Source: an uncultured Ignavibacteriaceae bacterium (GTDB lineage: Bacteria; Bacteroidota; Ignavibacteria; Ignavibacteriales; Ignavibacteriaceae). From it: a stretch of DNA of 64,000 bases. The notes beneath the pieces are model-generated. The model saw nothing but the letters and a program-made list of their open reading frames with translations. It ran no database searches and was not told the origin of the DNA. Made by a program: the position numbers and the translations under genes. Every line of letters begins with the position of its first letter. The first letter of the stretch is position 1. Shown here one piece after another: positions 26,209 through 35,693 of the stretch. Where the stretch lies: assembly GCA_964391015.1 (NCBI GenBank), contig CAYMKU010000001.1, positions 148,805 to 212,804 on the forward strand. Reading direction: 5' to 3'.

Positions 26209-28260
26209 ATGAAAGAACTTGAAGATTTAAAAAGTTACCTCCTTAGTAAGAGCACTTCAAAATCTATTGATCATTTTGTCTTTCCACTATTCCAGAAATT
26301 ATTTTCAGATAAATTCAAGAAAGAAAACGATGCCCAAGGAGCTGATGGTTATGTCGAAGGTAAGTTAGTTATCGAATTGAAATCAGATACTGATGATTTC
26401 CTTCCAGGGTATTATCAAGCACTTCATTATGAAAAGAAAGGATTGAGTTTTTCTTCTCTCTGCGTAATTGCTCATAAATTTATTGGTGTTTGGAAAATTA
26501 AAGATTTACCTAAGGGAGTAAGGGAACTTGTAAAGAAAGCTGAACCCTTAAAAGCACCAAATGAAATCGGAAGAATCAATGCTAATAAAACAAATAAAGC
26601 GCTCAAAAAAGATATACTCGATTCAGCGATATTTCTTTTAGGTCCAACTGATTTGGAAGGTTTTTTTGAAAGTGGAAGTAACACACATTTAAATCAATTT
26701 GTACAGGTTTTAAAGAACCTTGATGCTGATAGAATTCAGATAGCACCACACAATTTTATTAGTAAAATCGAACTAATGAAAGATTTTTTTGATGATCCAC
26801 TACAAGCTATACATTCCTTCTATGCAATAGTTGGTTATTGGAATGCCACATCAAAAGTTATCCAAGTTGGTGATGGTGATTATATAAATGTTACTGAATA
26901 TTTAACCAACAGGGCGAGTGAGCCGATTTTTATTAAACCGAGGCAACGAGAAAAATTCAAAAAGTTTGTTGAAAGTCATTATGTTTTTGCTAACGAAGGA
27001 AGCGGCTTAACCGTTGATTATTATTTCAGCCGCTTCGATGAAGTAATTACAAAAATAAAACCTGAATATGCAATTCAGCACGGAATATTTTTTACCGATA
27101 ATAACCTTAGCAAGTTTGCTTTGTGGTTTGTACATAATTATTATGAAAAGAAGTTAAGCGATAAATATATAGTCCTTGACCCTGCTGGTGGTTCAGGTAA
27201 CCTTGTCACAAGCTGGCGGGGACATATTAAACATAAAATTGTTTCTGAACTCCAACCTGATTTACTAAGAACAATTGAAAGACGAATGAAGCTTGATAGC
27301 GAAGAGGTTCAAGCGGGATTTACAATTATTCCAAAGACAAGTGAAAACAAAGGATTAAACTTCCTTGATAAATCAGCTGAAGGATATGTTAGCGACTTAA
27401 TGAAAGAACTCAATCTTAAAAACATTAAGCTTGATAAACCTATTGCGTTCCTCTTAAACCCGCCTTACAAAAATACCGATGAGAACCTAAAAGAGAGAAT
27501 TAAAGGTGATGCTGTTTATGATATTCATAAATCTATTCTCGACATTACTGGTAATGATGCAGGCAAAGAGAGGTATCTAGCTTTTCTTGGTCAGATATTG
27601 AATATATCAAAACTTCAAATGGGTCAGTTAGATATAAAGACTCTAAACTTTGATAATGTTACTATTCCTAAACCTCTTGATAAAAAAATAAAAGAAACTC
27701 CTATTGTTTTACTTTTTAGTCCAACATCATGGTTAATTCCAAGACCAACTTATATCAATTTCAGAATGGAATGGGATAATTATTTTGTTTATGAAGATGG
27801 ATTTATTTTTTTAGGAAATGAGTTTTTCAAGATTACTGGAAGATTTCCCATTTCCTTTACCATATGGAGATACAAATACAATAAAAGTGGTAATAAAAAT
27901 ATCGTTCGGGTTAGAGATTTAACGCACATTACAAAGAAAGATTTAGAAAAGATTAACTGGGCAGCACTACTTGGTGATTTGAAAAAAGATTTAAGTGAAT
28001 ATGTTAGTAGGACAAGAACTATAAGGTTGGATAATTCAAGAGGAGATATCAGAAATACATTGCCTTTATTGCTATCGAATAAAGGAATTTTAATTCAACA
28101 ACCGAGGTACGACTACAGTACTGCTAAAAAAGAGCATGAGCATAATAAACTCATAAGCGGTTTTCCACTAAGAGATAAAAAAATCATTTTGAACTTAAGC
28201 GCAAGTGTGGAACGCCAGTGGGAAACTATGTTGGTTTTTATGATGATAATACACCTGTAA
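26209..28260 (+). CDS. MmeI-like PD-(D/E)xK nuclease head fused to a gamma-class N6-adenine DNA methyltransferase (Type IIG/IIL-like), upstream part of a frameshifted gene
   Basis: ADGYVEGKLVIELKSDTDDFLPGYYQALHY (D...ExK followed by QAxxY). GIFFTDNNL (motif X-like), IVLDPAGGSGNLV (SAM motif I), FLLNPPYKNT (motif IV). After an A7 tract at 28177-28183 the last 25 codons look out of frame. Confidence 0.7.
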   Translation: MKELEDLKSYLLSKSTSKSIDHFVFPLFQKLFSDKFKKENDAQGADGYVEGKLVIELKSDTDDFLPGYYQALHYEKKGLSFSSLCVIAHKFIGVWKIKDLPKGVRELVKKAEPLKAPNEIGRINANKTNKALKKDILDSAIFLLGPTDLEGFFESGSNTHLNQFVQVLKNLDADRIQIAPHNFISKIELMKDFFDDPLQAIHSFYAIVGYWNATSKVIQVGDGDYINVTEYLTNRASEPIFIKPRQREKFKKFVESHYVFANEGSGLTVDYYFSRFDEVITKIKPEYAIQHGIFFTDNNLSKFALWFVHNYYEKKLSDKYIVLDPAGGSGNLVTSWRGHIKHKIVSELQPDLLRTIERRMKLDSEEVQAGFTIIPKTSENKGLNFLDKSAEGYVSDLMKELNLKNIKLDKPIAFLLNPPYKNTDENLKERIKGDAVYDIHKSILDITGNDAGKERYLAFLGQILNISKLQMGQLDIKTLNFDNVTIPKPLDKKIKETPIVLLFSPTSWLIPRPTYINFRMEWDNYFVYEDGFIFLGNEFFKITGRFPISFTIWRYKYNKSGNKNIVRVRDLTHITKKDLEKINWAALLGDLKKDLSEYVSRTRTIRLDNSRGDIRNTLPLLLSNKGILIQQPRYDYSTAKKEHEHNKLISGFPLRDKKIILNLSASVERQWETMLVFMMIIHL

Positions 28261-29003
28261 GAATATCACAAGATAACTATTTTAGGATGTCAAATAGACC
28301 AGACAAGGTATGGTTCAGATTAGATAACGTTCTTATTAATGTTAATCAAACTAGAATTCAATCTGGCGCACCCGATAAATATGGTTTCTGTGCTTATGAC
28401 TTGGGAAGTGCAATCGCTACATTTTCTTGGTTTGCCATAACAAAAGCCATTAATGGCCGTTATCCGATTTGGGCAAATCAATATGACATTTGGAAACCAA
28501 AGATTACAAAAGAACTCGAGAGAGAATTTTACTCATTATGCTTTGCTTTTAGTTTAGTCGAGAACAGATGTGTCGTCACAAAGTTTGAAAAGGATAATCC
28601 GGTTAAAGATGCTCCAGAAGTATTTGTTGACAATCCGTTATGTCCTACAAATTCAGAATCATTTTGGTCAACAACTTTGGAACCATATGTGAAAGAAACG
28701 GGAAGTACACTTTCACTTCAGTTAATAGATTTAGTAAAAGATTTATATAAACTATGGAATATGAAATTCTGTAAAAGCGCATTTTTGTACAATGCTGGAT
28801 TAGAGAATGAAACATACTTCAAATACTTTGATTATGAAGATTTTCTAACGCCCTATTCTGGTTTAATACAAATTAGAAGATACGCTGAAATAAATTCAAA
28901 GACTGATTTATTAAATCTGTTTGACCAAGTTTCTGACAAAGCTAAAAATGTTAAAAATAAAATTTATGATTTACTTACAACCGAATTTAAATATTTCGAT
29001 TAA
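28218..29003 (+). CDS. C-terminal continuation (putative target-recognition region) of the Type IIG-like enzyme, in the -1 frame
   Basis: This frame is open from 28179, right after a TAA at 28176-28178, so it opens inside the A7 tract. Joining at the tract gives ...PLRDKK-NHFELKRKCGTPVGNYVGFYDD... and about 930 aa in total. The ORF-track start is a GTG with no obvious RBS. Confidence 0.55.
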   Translation: MGNYVGFYDDNTPVRISQDNYFRMSNRPDKVWFRLDNVLINVNQTRIQSGAPDKYGFCAYDLGSAIATFSWFAITKAINGRYPIWANQYDIWKPKITKELEREFYSLCFAFSLVENRCVVTKFEKDNPVKDAPEVFVDNPLCPTNSESFWSTTLEPYVKETGSTLSLQLIDLVKDLYKLWNMKFCKSAFLYNAGLENETYFKYFDYEDFLTPYSGLIQIRRYAEINSKTDLLNLFDQVSDKAKNVKNKIYDLLTTEFKYFD

Positions 29004-29021
29004 AAAGAAAGGATAAACTAA

Positions 29022-30212
29022 ATGAAACTAAAAGTATTAATTGCAGATAAATTTCCAGAAAAATATATTCAACAAATGAGGGACCTTGATCTGGATGTCA
29101 TTTATCAGCCAAAACTTGGGGAAAAGGATTTACCCGAAGCGGCAAAAGATGTTGACATTCTCATAGTCCGTTCAACCATTGTAAATGAAGAAACTATTTC
29201 ATCAAGCAAAAAATTAAATCTAATCATTCGTGCCGGCTCAGGTGTAAATAACATTGCAATTTCTGCTGCAAATAAAAAAGGAATTTATGTAACTAATTGC
29301 CCCGGTATGAATGCAGTGGCAGTTGCCGAATTAGCTTTTGGCTTGATGATTGCACTTGACCGTTTTATTCCTGACAATGTAATTGATTTCAGAAATGGAG
29401 TTTGGAATAAAGATAAATATTCAAAAGGCATGGGACTTAAAGGCAAAACTTTGGGATTAATTGGAGTTGGAAATATAGGTAAAGAAGTTGCGAAGCGTGC
29501 ACTCGCATTTGAAATGAATGTTTATGGGAAAGATATTACCCGGATTGAAGGAGTTCAGATTAAAGATTTCAACGAAATGGATCAGCTTCTTCCTTTGTGT
29601 GATATTGTTACCATCCACCTACCGGCTACTCCACAAACCAAAGGACTGTTCAACAAGCAAATGCTCAGTCACATGAAAAACGGCGCCTTGCTTATCAATA
29701 CATCAAGACATGATGTAATTGTTGAAGATGATCTTCTTGAAGCAATCAAAGAAAAAAATCTTCGTGTAGCCGTAGATGTTTTTAAGGGAGAGCCAGAAGG
29801 AAAAGCAGGAGAAGTTAAATCCAAGCTGCAAGATAATCCGAATATTTATGTAACTCATCATATTGGTGCTTCAACTGAACAAGCACAGGATGCTGTTGCA
29901 GAAGAAACTGTAAACATAATCAAACACTATGTCCACAGCGGAGTAATTGACCACTGGGTTAACAAAGCAAAAATTATTGATGCGAAATATCAACTTGTTG
30001 TTAAGCATTACGATAAACCTGGAGTGCTTGCAGGAGTGCTTGATGTTATAAGAAGCGGTAATATTAATATTGAGGAAATCGAGAATATTATTTTTGAAGG
30101 CGGTATTGCAGCTTGCTGCACAATGAAATTACAAAGTACAGTTACTGCGGATATGCTGAAAAAGATGAGCGAAAATCCAAATGTGATTAGCGTTAGCCAC
30201 GTAGAAATTTAA
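29022..30212 (+). CDS. serA: D-3-phosphoglycerate dehydrogenase-type 2-hydroxyacid dehydrogenase with C-terminal ACT domain
   Basis: NAD fold GLIGVGNIGKEVAKRA, catalytic-region HHIGAST, and an ACT-like tail (LVVKHYDKPGVLAGVLDVIRSGNINIEE). Confidence 0.8.
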   Translation: MKLKVLIADKFPEKYIQQMRDLDLDVIYQPKLGEKDLPEAAKDVDILIVRSTIVNEETISSSKKLNLIIRAGSGVNNIAISAANKKGIYVTNCPGMNAVAVAELAFGLMIALDRFIPDNVIDFRNGVWNKDKYSKGMGLKGKTLGLIGVGNIGKEVAKRALAFEMNVYGKDITRIEGVQIKDFNEMDQLLPLCDIVTIHLPATPQTKGLFNKQMLSHMKNGALLINTSRHDVIVEDDLLEAIKEKNLRVAVDVFKGEPEGKAGEVKSKLQDNPNIYVTHHIGASTEQAQDAVAEETVNIIKHYVHSGVIDHWVNKAKIIDAKYQLVVKHYDKPGVLAGVLDVIRSGNINIEEIENIIFEGGIAACCTMKLQSTVTADMLKKMSENPNVISVSHVEI

Positions 30213-30219
30213 AACCCAA

Positions 30220-30248
30220 ACCTCCGAGGTTTCTAAAACCTCGGAGGT
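30220..30248. terminator. perfect 12-bp hairpin between convergent genes
   Basis: ACCTCCGAGGTT-tctaa-AACCTCGGAGGT. It lies between the serA stop (30212) and the stop of the minus-strand gene (30268). Confidence 0.7.
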
Positions 30249-30267
30249 CTCATAATTACCGAACTAT

Positions 30268-31026
30268 TCACACAAACTTCACATCAATCATATCTTGAAT
30301 TATTCCGTGGAAGTACGGCAATTCTAAAAGTCGTTTGATTCCTTCTAGATCCTGCTCATCAAAATTGAATACAACATGCTGCAAATGATCGGTAAGATAT
30401 TTCCTGGAATTCAAAAAAAATACTTGATTCATTCCCTCAAATATTGTCAACGGATCCATAGATGTCATTATTTCTTGATACTTTGAGTGAACCAGCTTCA
30501 ATAAATCCTCAGACTCGCTTGCAAAAACGAAATTAACATACGGTGCAGAAATCAATTCAATCATTTCTTCGGTAAAACTAATCGCAGAATCAAGATTTCC
30601 TTCCTCAAAATTTCTATCTCCAACAACAACCCGATTTTTATTTGACACTTCACTATTTATTTTTTCGAGTGACAGCTGAGCATCCATGTTGTAGATTTCA
30701 TTAAAAAGAATCTTCGTAAGTATCCCTTCATTGGTCGAAGTATCTCCTGCAAGCGTTATTTCACGAATTAATTTTTCTTTAGGATCGAAATAAATATATG
30801 AGTTACTAATTGATTCATCGAATGAAACACCCAAGCTTTTAGAAATGAAAAAATCTTTATGATTTAACAAATCCATTAGTGGGATTAATCCAACTGCACA
30901 TTTATTATTAGTTATATGCTTTGACAGCAAAGATGATGGAAGAAATTTGAGGTTAGTTTTATCTTCTACAGTTAAAGTAGAAGAAATTATTCGAGCAAAA
31001 ATATTATCTGGTAAAAAAATCTCCAT
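30268..31026 (-). CDS. MqnA/MqnD-like (futalosine-pathway) binding-fold protein, tentative
   Basis: 252 aa. The pattern ...CAVGLIPLMDLL....FISKSLGVS....SNSYIYF...I.EITLAGDTSTNEGILTKILF resembles my recollection of the VitK2-biosynthesis (MqnA) family. Weak call. Confidence 0.35.
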   Translation of the reverse strand: MEIFLPDNIFARIISSTLTVEDKTNLKFLPSSLLSKHITNNKCAVGLIPLMDLLNHKDFFISKSLGVSFDESISNSYIYFDPKEKLIREITLAGDTSTNEGILTKILFNEIYNMDAQLSLEKINSEVSNKNRVVVGDRNFEEGNLDSAISFTEEMIELISAPYVNFVFASESEDLLKLVHSKYQEIMTSMDPLTIFEGMNQVFFLNSRKYLTDHLQHVVFNFDEQDLEGIKRLLELPYFHGIIQDMIDVKFV

Positions 31027-31034
31027 TGCAAAAT

Positions 31035-31059
31035 AAAAAAGCCGCTTGCACAGCGGCTT
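31035..31059 (-). terminator. rho-independent terminator ending the long rpsP...rplS transcription unit
   Basis: Minus strand reads AAGCCGCT-gtgca-AGCGGCTTTTTTATTTT, 19 nt past the rplS stop. Confidence 0.8.
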
Positions 31060-31077
31060 ACATAAATATTTATCGAA

Positions 31078-31422
31078 TTACGTGGTTTTACCTTTAATTC
31101 TTGCAGCTTTACCGGATAAATTTCTTAAGTAGTAAAGCTTTGCTCTTCTAACGTGACCTTCCCGTATCATTTCAATCTTAGAAATTTTGGGGGAGTTATA
31201 TGGGAAAATTCTCTCAACACCAACACCGCTTGAAAGTTTTCTAACAGTAAATGTTTTGTTGAGTCCTGAACCGCGAATGCTGATTACATCACCTTCAAAC
31301 GGTTGAATTCTTTCCTTATCACCTTCAATTACTTTTACGTGAATTTTTATTCTGTCGCCTGGATTAAATTTGGGATAATCCATTTTTAATTGATCGGCTA
31401 ATATTTTACTTGCATCTATCAT
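31078..31422 (-). CDS. rplS: 50S ribosomal protein L19
   Basis: [29 protein letters not shown], and its position after trmD. Confidence 0.95.
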   Translation of the reverse strand: MIDASKILADQLKMDYPKFNPGDRIKIHVKVIEGDKERIQPFEGDVISIRGSGLNKTFTVRKLSSGVGVERIFPYNSPKISKIEMIREGHVRRAKLYYLRNLSGKAARIKGKTT

Positions 31423-31433
31423 TTTTTTATCCT

Positions 31434-32111
31434 TTAATTATTAAAATTTTTCCATCTCTCAGTTAAAAATTTGGATCGTTCTTCTTTCCAACTTTTTATT
31501 TGTTTTTCATTACCAGATAAAAGAACTTCCGGAACCCTCATCCCTTTATATTCTGCTGGACGAGTGTAAGATGGAGATTCCATTATATCCCCATCCTGGA
31601 ATGAATCATTTAGTGCAGATTCACTATCATTGAGAACTCCAGGAATAACACGAACAATGGCATCAATAATCACAAGTGATGGAAGTTCACCACCAGTAAG
31701 CACAAAGTTTCCAAGGGATATTTCATCCGTTGCGAATTTTTCTCTGACCCTATCATCAATATCTTTATAATGCCCTGCTATAAATATTATATTATCCTTC
31801 AGAGAAAGCTGATTTGCTAGCTTTTGTGTGAAAATTTTCCCTTTCGGTGTTGTGAAAATAACATGTTCGTACTTTCTCTCACTTTGAAGTTTCTCAATGC
31901 ATTCAAAGAACGGTTCAGGTTTTAAGACCATTCCAGGTCCGCCGCCGAACGGCTTATCATCAATTTGTTTGTGCTTATTATATGCATAGTCCCGAACATT
32001 ATGAATAAAGATTTTAATCTTTCCTTTATCCTGAGCCCGTCTTATTATACTTGAATTTAGTGGGCCTGTAAAAACATCTGGAACAGCAGTCAAAATATCA
32101 ATTCTCATCAT
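31434..32111 (-). CDS. trmD: tRNA (guanine37-N1)-methyltransferase
   Basis: [13 protein letters not shown]..., [24 protein letters not shown] prefer the ATG at 32111 or 32108 over the GTG at 32129. Confidence 0.9.
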   Translation of the reverse strand: MMRIDILTAVPDVFTGPLNSSIIRRAQDKGKIKIFIHNVRDYAYNKHKQIDDKPFGGGPGMVLKPEPFFECIEKLQSERKYEHVIFTTPKGKIFTQKLANQLSLKDNIIFIAGHYKDIDDRVREKFATDEISLGNFVLTGGELPSLVIIDAIVRVIPGVLNDSESALNDSFQDGDIMESPSYTRPAEYKGMRVPEVLLSGNEKQIKSWKEERSKFLTERWKNFNN

Positions 32112-32616
32112 CTTCGTAAAAATCTTCACCGGGTTTTAACACTATGACTTTATTCGCAATATTAACATTGTCTATGAATTCTCGTACAGCAGGAATTAGA
32201 ATTTCCTCGCCGGTCACTTTTCTAATTACATAAACATCATTTGCATTTAATGAATAAACATCTACAACCTTACCAAGTTCAACATTATTGCGAGTAACTT
32301 TACAACCCACAATATCATGAATATAAAAACGACCTTCTGGCAGTTGAATCAAATCACCACTATCAATAAACACATCTTTACCTACTAACATCTCAACAGA
32401 CACCTTGTCGTCAAAATCCCTAAATTTAATTATGATGTTCTCTTTCTTCCTTTTAACAAATTGGAGCGAAAACATCTTTTTTTCTCCCCAGAAATCCAGA
32501 TAGACCTTTTTTAGACTATAAAATCTTTCCGGAGAGTCGGCATAAGACTCTATTTTTAGGAAACCTTTGTCGCCTTCGATAGCAATAATTTGAGCAACAA
32601 GAAAAAAATCAATCAC
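32098..32616 (-). CDS. rimM: 16S rRNA processing protein RimM
   Basis: 172 aa in the canonical rpsP-KH-rimM-trmD-rplS order. PRC-barrel-like C-terminus. Confidence 0.8.
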   Translation of the reverse strand: MIDFFLVAQIIAIEGDKGFLKIESYADSPERFYSLKKVYLDFWGEKKMFSLQFVKRKKENIIIKFRDFDDKVSVEMLVGKDVFIDSGDLIQLPEGRFYIHDIVGCKVTRNNVELGKVVDVYSLNANDVYVIRKVTGEEILIPAVREFIDNVNIANKVIVLKPGEDFYEDDEN

Positions 32617-32637
32617 TAAAAATAATTTTGCTCAATC

Positions 32638-32871
32638 CTAATCTAGAATTTCCAGAACAGCTCTTTTTCCATGTTTAGCCGCGACAGCAGTAAGAAGTAC
32701 TCTCATAGCTGCTGCCGTTTTACCCTGCTTGCCAATAACTTTTCCAACATCATTTTGGCTTACTTTAAGTGCAAGTAAAATTTTCTTATCCTCGTCAACT
32801 TTTTCATCGATTATAACACCATCAGGGTTATCTACAAGCTGCTTTGCGATATACTCAATGAACTCTTTCAT
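32638..32871 (-). CDS. KH-domain RNA-binding protein (YlqC-like)
   Basis: 77 aa with VGKVIGKQGKTA (the GxxG KH motif). Canonical position after rpsP. Confidence 0.85.
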   Translation of the reverse strand: MKEFIEYIAKQLVDNPDGVIIDEKVDEDKKILLALKVSQNDVGKVIGKQGKTAAAMRVLLTAVAAKHGKRAVLEILD

Positions 32872-32951
32872 AGGAAGACGCCTCCTTAATAGAGTATGGA
32901 TGCATGAGAAATAATGTACAGAAAATTATCTACGTAAATTTCTAAAAATAT

Positions 32952-33404
32952 TTACACAGATTTTTCTTCAGAAGCTGCACCCTTAACTTCTGCTGTACCT
33001 TCAGAAACCGTTTCTTGCTTCTTCTCTTCCGAAGCCTTACCACTTTTCTTTTTCTTTCTCGGCTTTACTGCATTAGACTTAGCTTCGCGAAGCTTTTGGA
33101 AATTCTCTTTCTCTTCTCTGATTTTTTCTACCGATGCACCTTTTTTTATCAGATGTCTTTCAAGAAGAATTCCCTTTTGACTTAATAAATTTTTTACTGT
33201 ATCGGTTGGTTGAGCCCCGTTATTTAACCAATATAACGCTCTATCTTCTTTAATATCTAAAGTTGATGGATGTGTCAATGGATTATACAGCCCGATAGCT
33301 TCAATGAATTTGCCGTCTCTTGGGGAACGGGAATCTGCTGCAACCACTTTATAGATCGGTTGTTTCTTTTTACCCAATCTTCTTAATCTTAACTTAACTG
33401 CCAA
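32952..33404 (-). CDS. rpsP: 30S ribosomal protein S16 with Lys/Glu-rich C-terminal extension
   Basis: [40 protein letters not shown]. It is 150 aa, against roughly 80-90 aa for the core protein. Confidence 0.95.
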   Translation of the reverse strand: MAVKLRLRRLGKKKQPIYKVVAADSRSPRDGKFIEAIGLYNPLTHPSTLDIKEDRALYWLNNGAQPTDTVKNLLSQKGILLERHLIKKGASVEKIREEKENFQKLREAKSNAVKPRKKKKSGKASEEKKQETVSEGTAEVKGAASEEKSV

Positions 33405-33437
33405 CTTAAATAACCTCCGTATAGTTAATCATTTTAA

Positions 33438-34763
33438 TCAATTGAATTTTAAATTTTTAAATGACGTATTACCAAAACCTTTTTTGCTGAATTGACTCAT
33501 CATCCTTTGCATTTCACTAAATTGTTTTAATAACCTATTTACTTCCTGAATTGAAGTTCCACTGCCTCTTGCAATTCTCATTCTTCGGCTACCATTCAGT
33601 ATTTTTGGTTTTCGTCTTTCCTGAATGGTCATTGAATTTATAATTGCTTCTGTTTTAATTAGTGCATTGTCATCAACTTTCAAATTTTTTACTTGCGCAC
33701 CGACACCTGGAAGCATTCCAATCAGCGATGACAATGAACCCATTTTCTTTATGGCTTTAATTTGCTTAAGAAAATCTTCAAAATCAAATTCATTTTTACG
33801 TAATTTTTCTTCCAATTTCTCTGCTTCAACATCTTCATAGCTCTCTTGTACCTTCTCAACTAAGGAAATAACATCTCCCTTTCCCAAAATTCGTGAGGCC
33901 AATCGTTCTGGGAAAAAAGCTTCTAATTGGTTTAGTTTTTCACCATTACTGATGAATTTGATCGGTTTACCCACCACAGAACGAACCGACAGAGCAGCAC
34001 CACCTCTTGCATCACCATCAAGCTTGGTGAGAACGATACCATCAAAATTCAATCTATCATTAAATATTTTCGCTGAGTTTACCGCATCTTGACCAGTCAT
34101 TGCATCAACAACATATAAAATTTCTGTTGGATTTACCAGGTTTTTAATATGCTCAATTTCTGCCATCATTTCTTCATCAACATGAAGGCGCCCGGCTGTA
34201 TCTATGATGACAGCATTAAAATTGTTTTCTTTGGCGTACTCGATAGAATTCTTAACAGCCTTTATTGCATCTTTTTCTTCTAATGAAAAAACTGGAATAT
34301 CAATTTGCTGCCCCAATAATTGTAGCTGTTTGATGGCTGCCGGACGATAAACATCTGCCGCTACTAAAAGAACTCTTAGCTGATTACCCTTCAGTTTCTT
34401 CGCAAGTTTAGCACTGAATGTAGTTTTCCCCGAACCCTGAAGTCCAGAGATTAAAACCGTAGTAATACCTGATGCATTTAGTTTGATTTCACTTTGACTA
34501 CCACCAAGAACACGGACCAATTCATCATAAATAATTTTTGTAATAAGCTGCCCAGGAGTGATCGAAGTTAGAACCTCTCTCCCCAATGCTTTAATTTTTA
34601 CATCTTCAATAAAATCTTTTGCTACTTTAAAATTAACATCAGCATCAAGAAGAATTCTTCTGATTTCCCGAAGAGTATCAGAAATATTATTCTCCGTTAG
34701 CTTACCTTGACCTCTAACCTTTTTAAGAGCTGATTCTAATTTTAAAGTTAAATCTTCAAACAC
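33438..34763 (-). CDS. ffh: signal recognition particle protein Ffh
   Basis: GLQGSGKTT, DTAGR, TKLDGDARGG and a Met-rich M domain. Confidence 0.95.
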   Translation of the reverse strand: MFEDLTLKLESALKKVRGQGKLTENNISDTLREIRRILLDADVNFKVAKDFIEDVKIKALGREVLTSITPGQLITKIIYDELVRVLGGSQSEIKLNASGITTVLISGLQGSGKTTFSAKLAKKLKGNQLRVLLVAADVYRPAAIKQLQLLGQQIDIPVFSLEEKDAIKAVKNSIEYAKENNFNAVIIDTAGRLHVDEEMMAEIEHIKNLVNPTEILYVVDAMTGQDAVNSAKIFNDRLNFDGIVLTKLDGDARGGAALSVRSVVGKPIKFISNGEKLNQLEAFFPERLASRILGKGDVISLVEKVQESYEDVEAEKLEEKLRKNEFDFEDFLKQIKAIKKMGSLSSLIGMLPGVGAQVKNLKVDDNALIKTEAIINSMTIQERRKPKILNGSRRMRIARGSGTSIQEVNRLLKQFSEMQRMMSQFSKKGFGNTSFKNLKFN

Positions 34764-34807
34764 TGCTTAATCTAATTCTCTATAAATCTAATAGTGATTG
34801 GGGATAG

Positions 34808-35680
34808 TTAGTTGGCTTTCAGGGCATTCGCACCAGCAACAATTTCCAATAATTCTTTAGTAATCGCAGCTTGTCTTTCTTTATTATATCTTAGCTGTAA
34901 AGTTCTTATCAATTCCTTAGCATTTGTAGATGCATTATCCATAGCAGTCATTCTTGCACCTAGTTCAGACGCATTCGATTCTAAAAGAATTCGCCAAATT
35001 TGTGCTTTAAGATGTTTGGGAAGCATATAATCAAAAATGAATTTTTGATCTGGCTCATAAATGTAATTAGGCAGATTTTTTTTATCAGTCTGCTCAGTTA
35101 CTAAAGTAATAGGTAAAAATTGTTCGATAACAATTTTTTGTTGAATGATGGATTTAAACTCATTATAAATTATGATTACTTTATCGAATGTTCCGTCAAG
35201 ATATTCTGAAATTATTTTCTGAGTAATATTTAGGGCTTCAGAATATTTGAGTGACGAAAACAAACCGAGATTTTTGGCGTAAAGATTATAGTTCCTTTTC
35301 GAGAAATAATCATAACCCTTTTTTCCAATACTGTACAATGAAACATTGGAACCGTCGTTTAATTCTTCATTGATATATCTGACTGCTTCTCTAATTATAT
35401 TGGAGTTAAAAGCCCCACAAAGTCCTCTATCGGCAGTAACAACCACAAAAGCAATATTCTTGATTTCACGCTGAACAAAAAATGGATTTGTATTTAGATC
35501 ATTCTCAGTAGCAAGGTGTGAAAGAGTTTGCCAAATATCTTTAGCATAAGGACGAGCATTAACTACATTCTCCTGAGCACGGCGTAGTTTTGCAGCAGCA
35601 ACCATCTTCATTGCTTTAGTAATCTGTTGAGTGCTTTTTACACCTTTAATCCTGCTTTTTATGTCCCGGAGTGTTGCCAC
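34808..35680 (-). CDS. atpG: F-type ATP synthase subunit gamma
   Basis: MATLRDIKSRIKGVKSTQQITKAMKMVAAAKLRRAQ ... ITKELLEIVAGANAL. Confidence 0.95.
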   Translation of the reverse strand: MATLRDIKSRIKGVKSTQQITKAMKMVAAAKLRRAQENVVNARPYAKDIWQTLSHLATENDLNTNPFFVQREIKNIAFVVVTADRGLCGAFNSNIIREAVRYINEELNDGSNVSLYSIGKKGYDYFSKRNYNLYAKNLGLFSSLKYSEALNITQKIISEYLDGTFDKVIIIYNEFKSIIQQKIVIEQFLPITLVTEQTDKKNLPNYIYEPDQKFIFDYMLPKHLKAQIWRILLESNASELGARMTAMDNASTNAKELIRTLQLRYNKERQAAITKELLEIVAGANALKAN

Positions 35681-35693
35681 TATAATTTAGTCT

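Noticed and set aside
34764-34807. Deletion or rearrangement scar explaining the missing atpD/atpC after atpG
   Set aside because: The atpG-ffh gap is a clean 44 nt with no gene remnants. A split atp locus is a lineage-typical organisation rather than evidence of a recent deletion.
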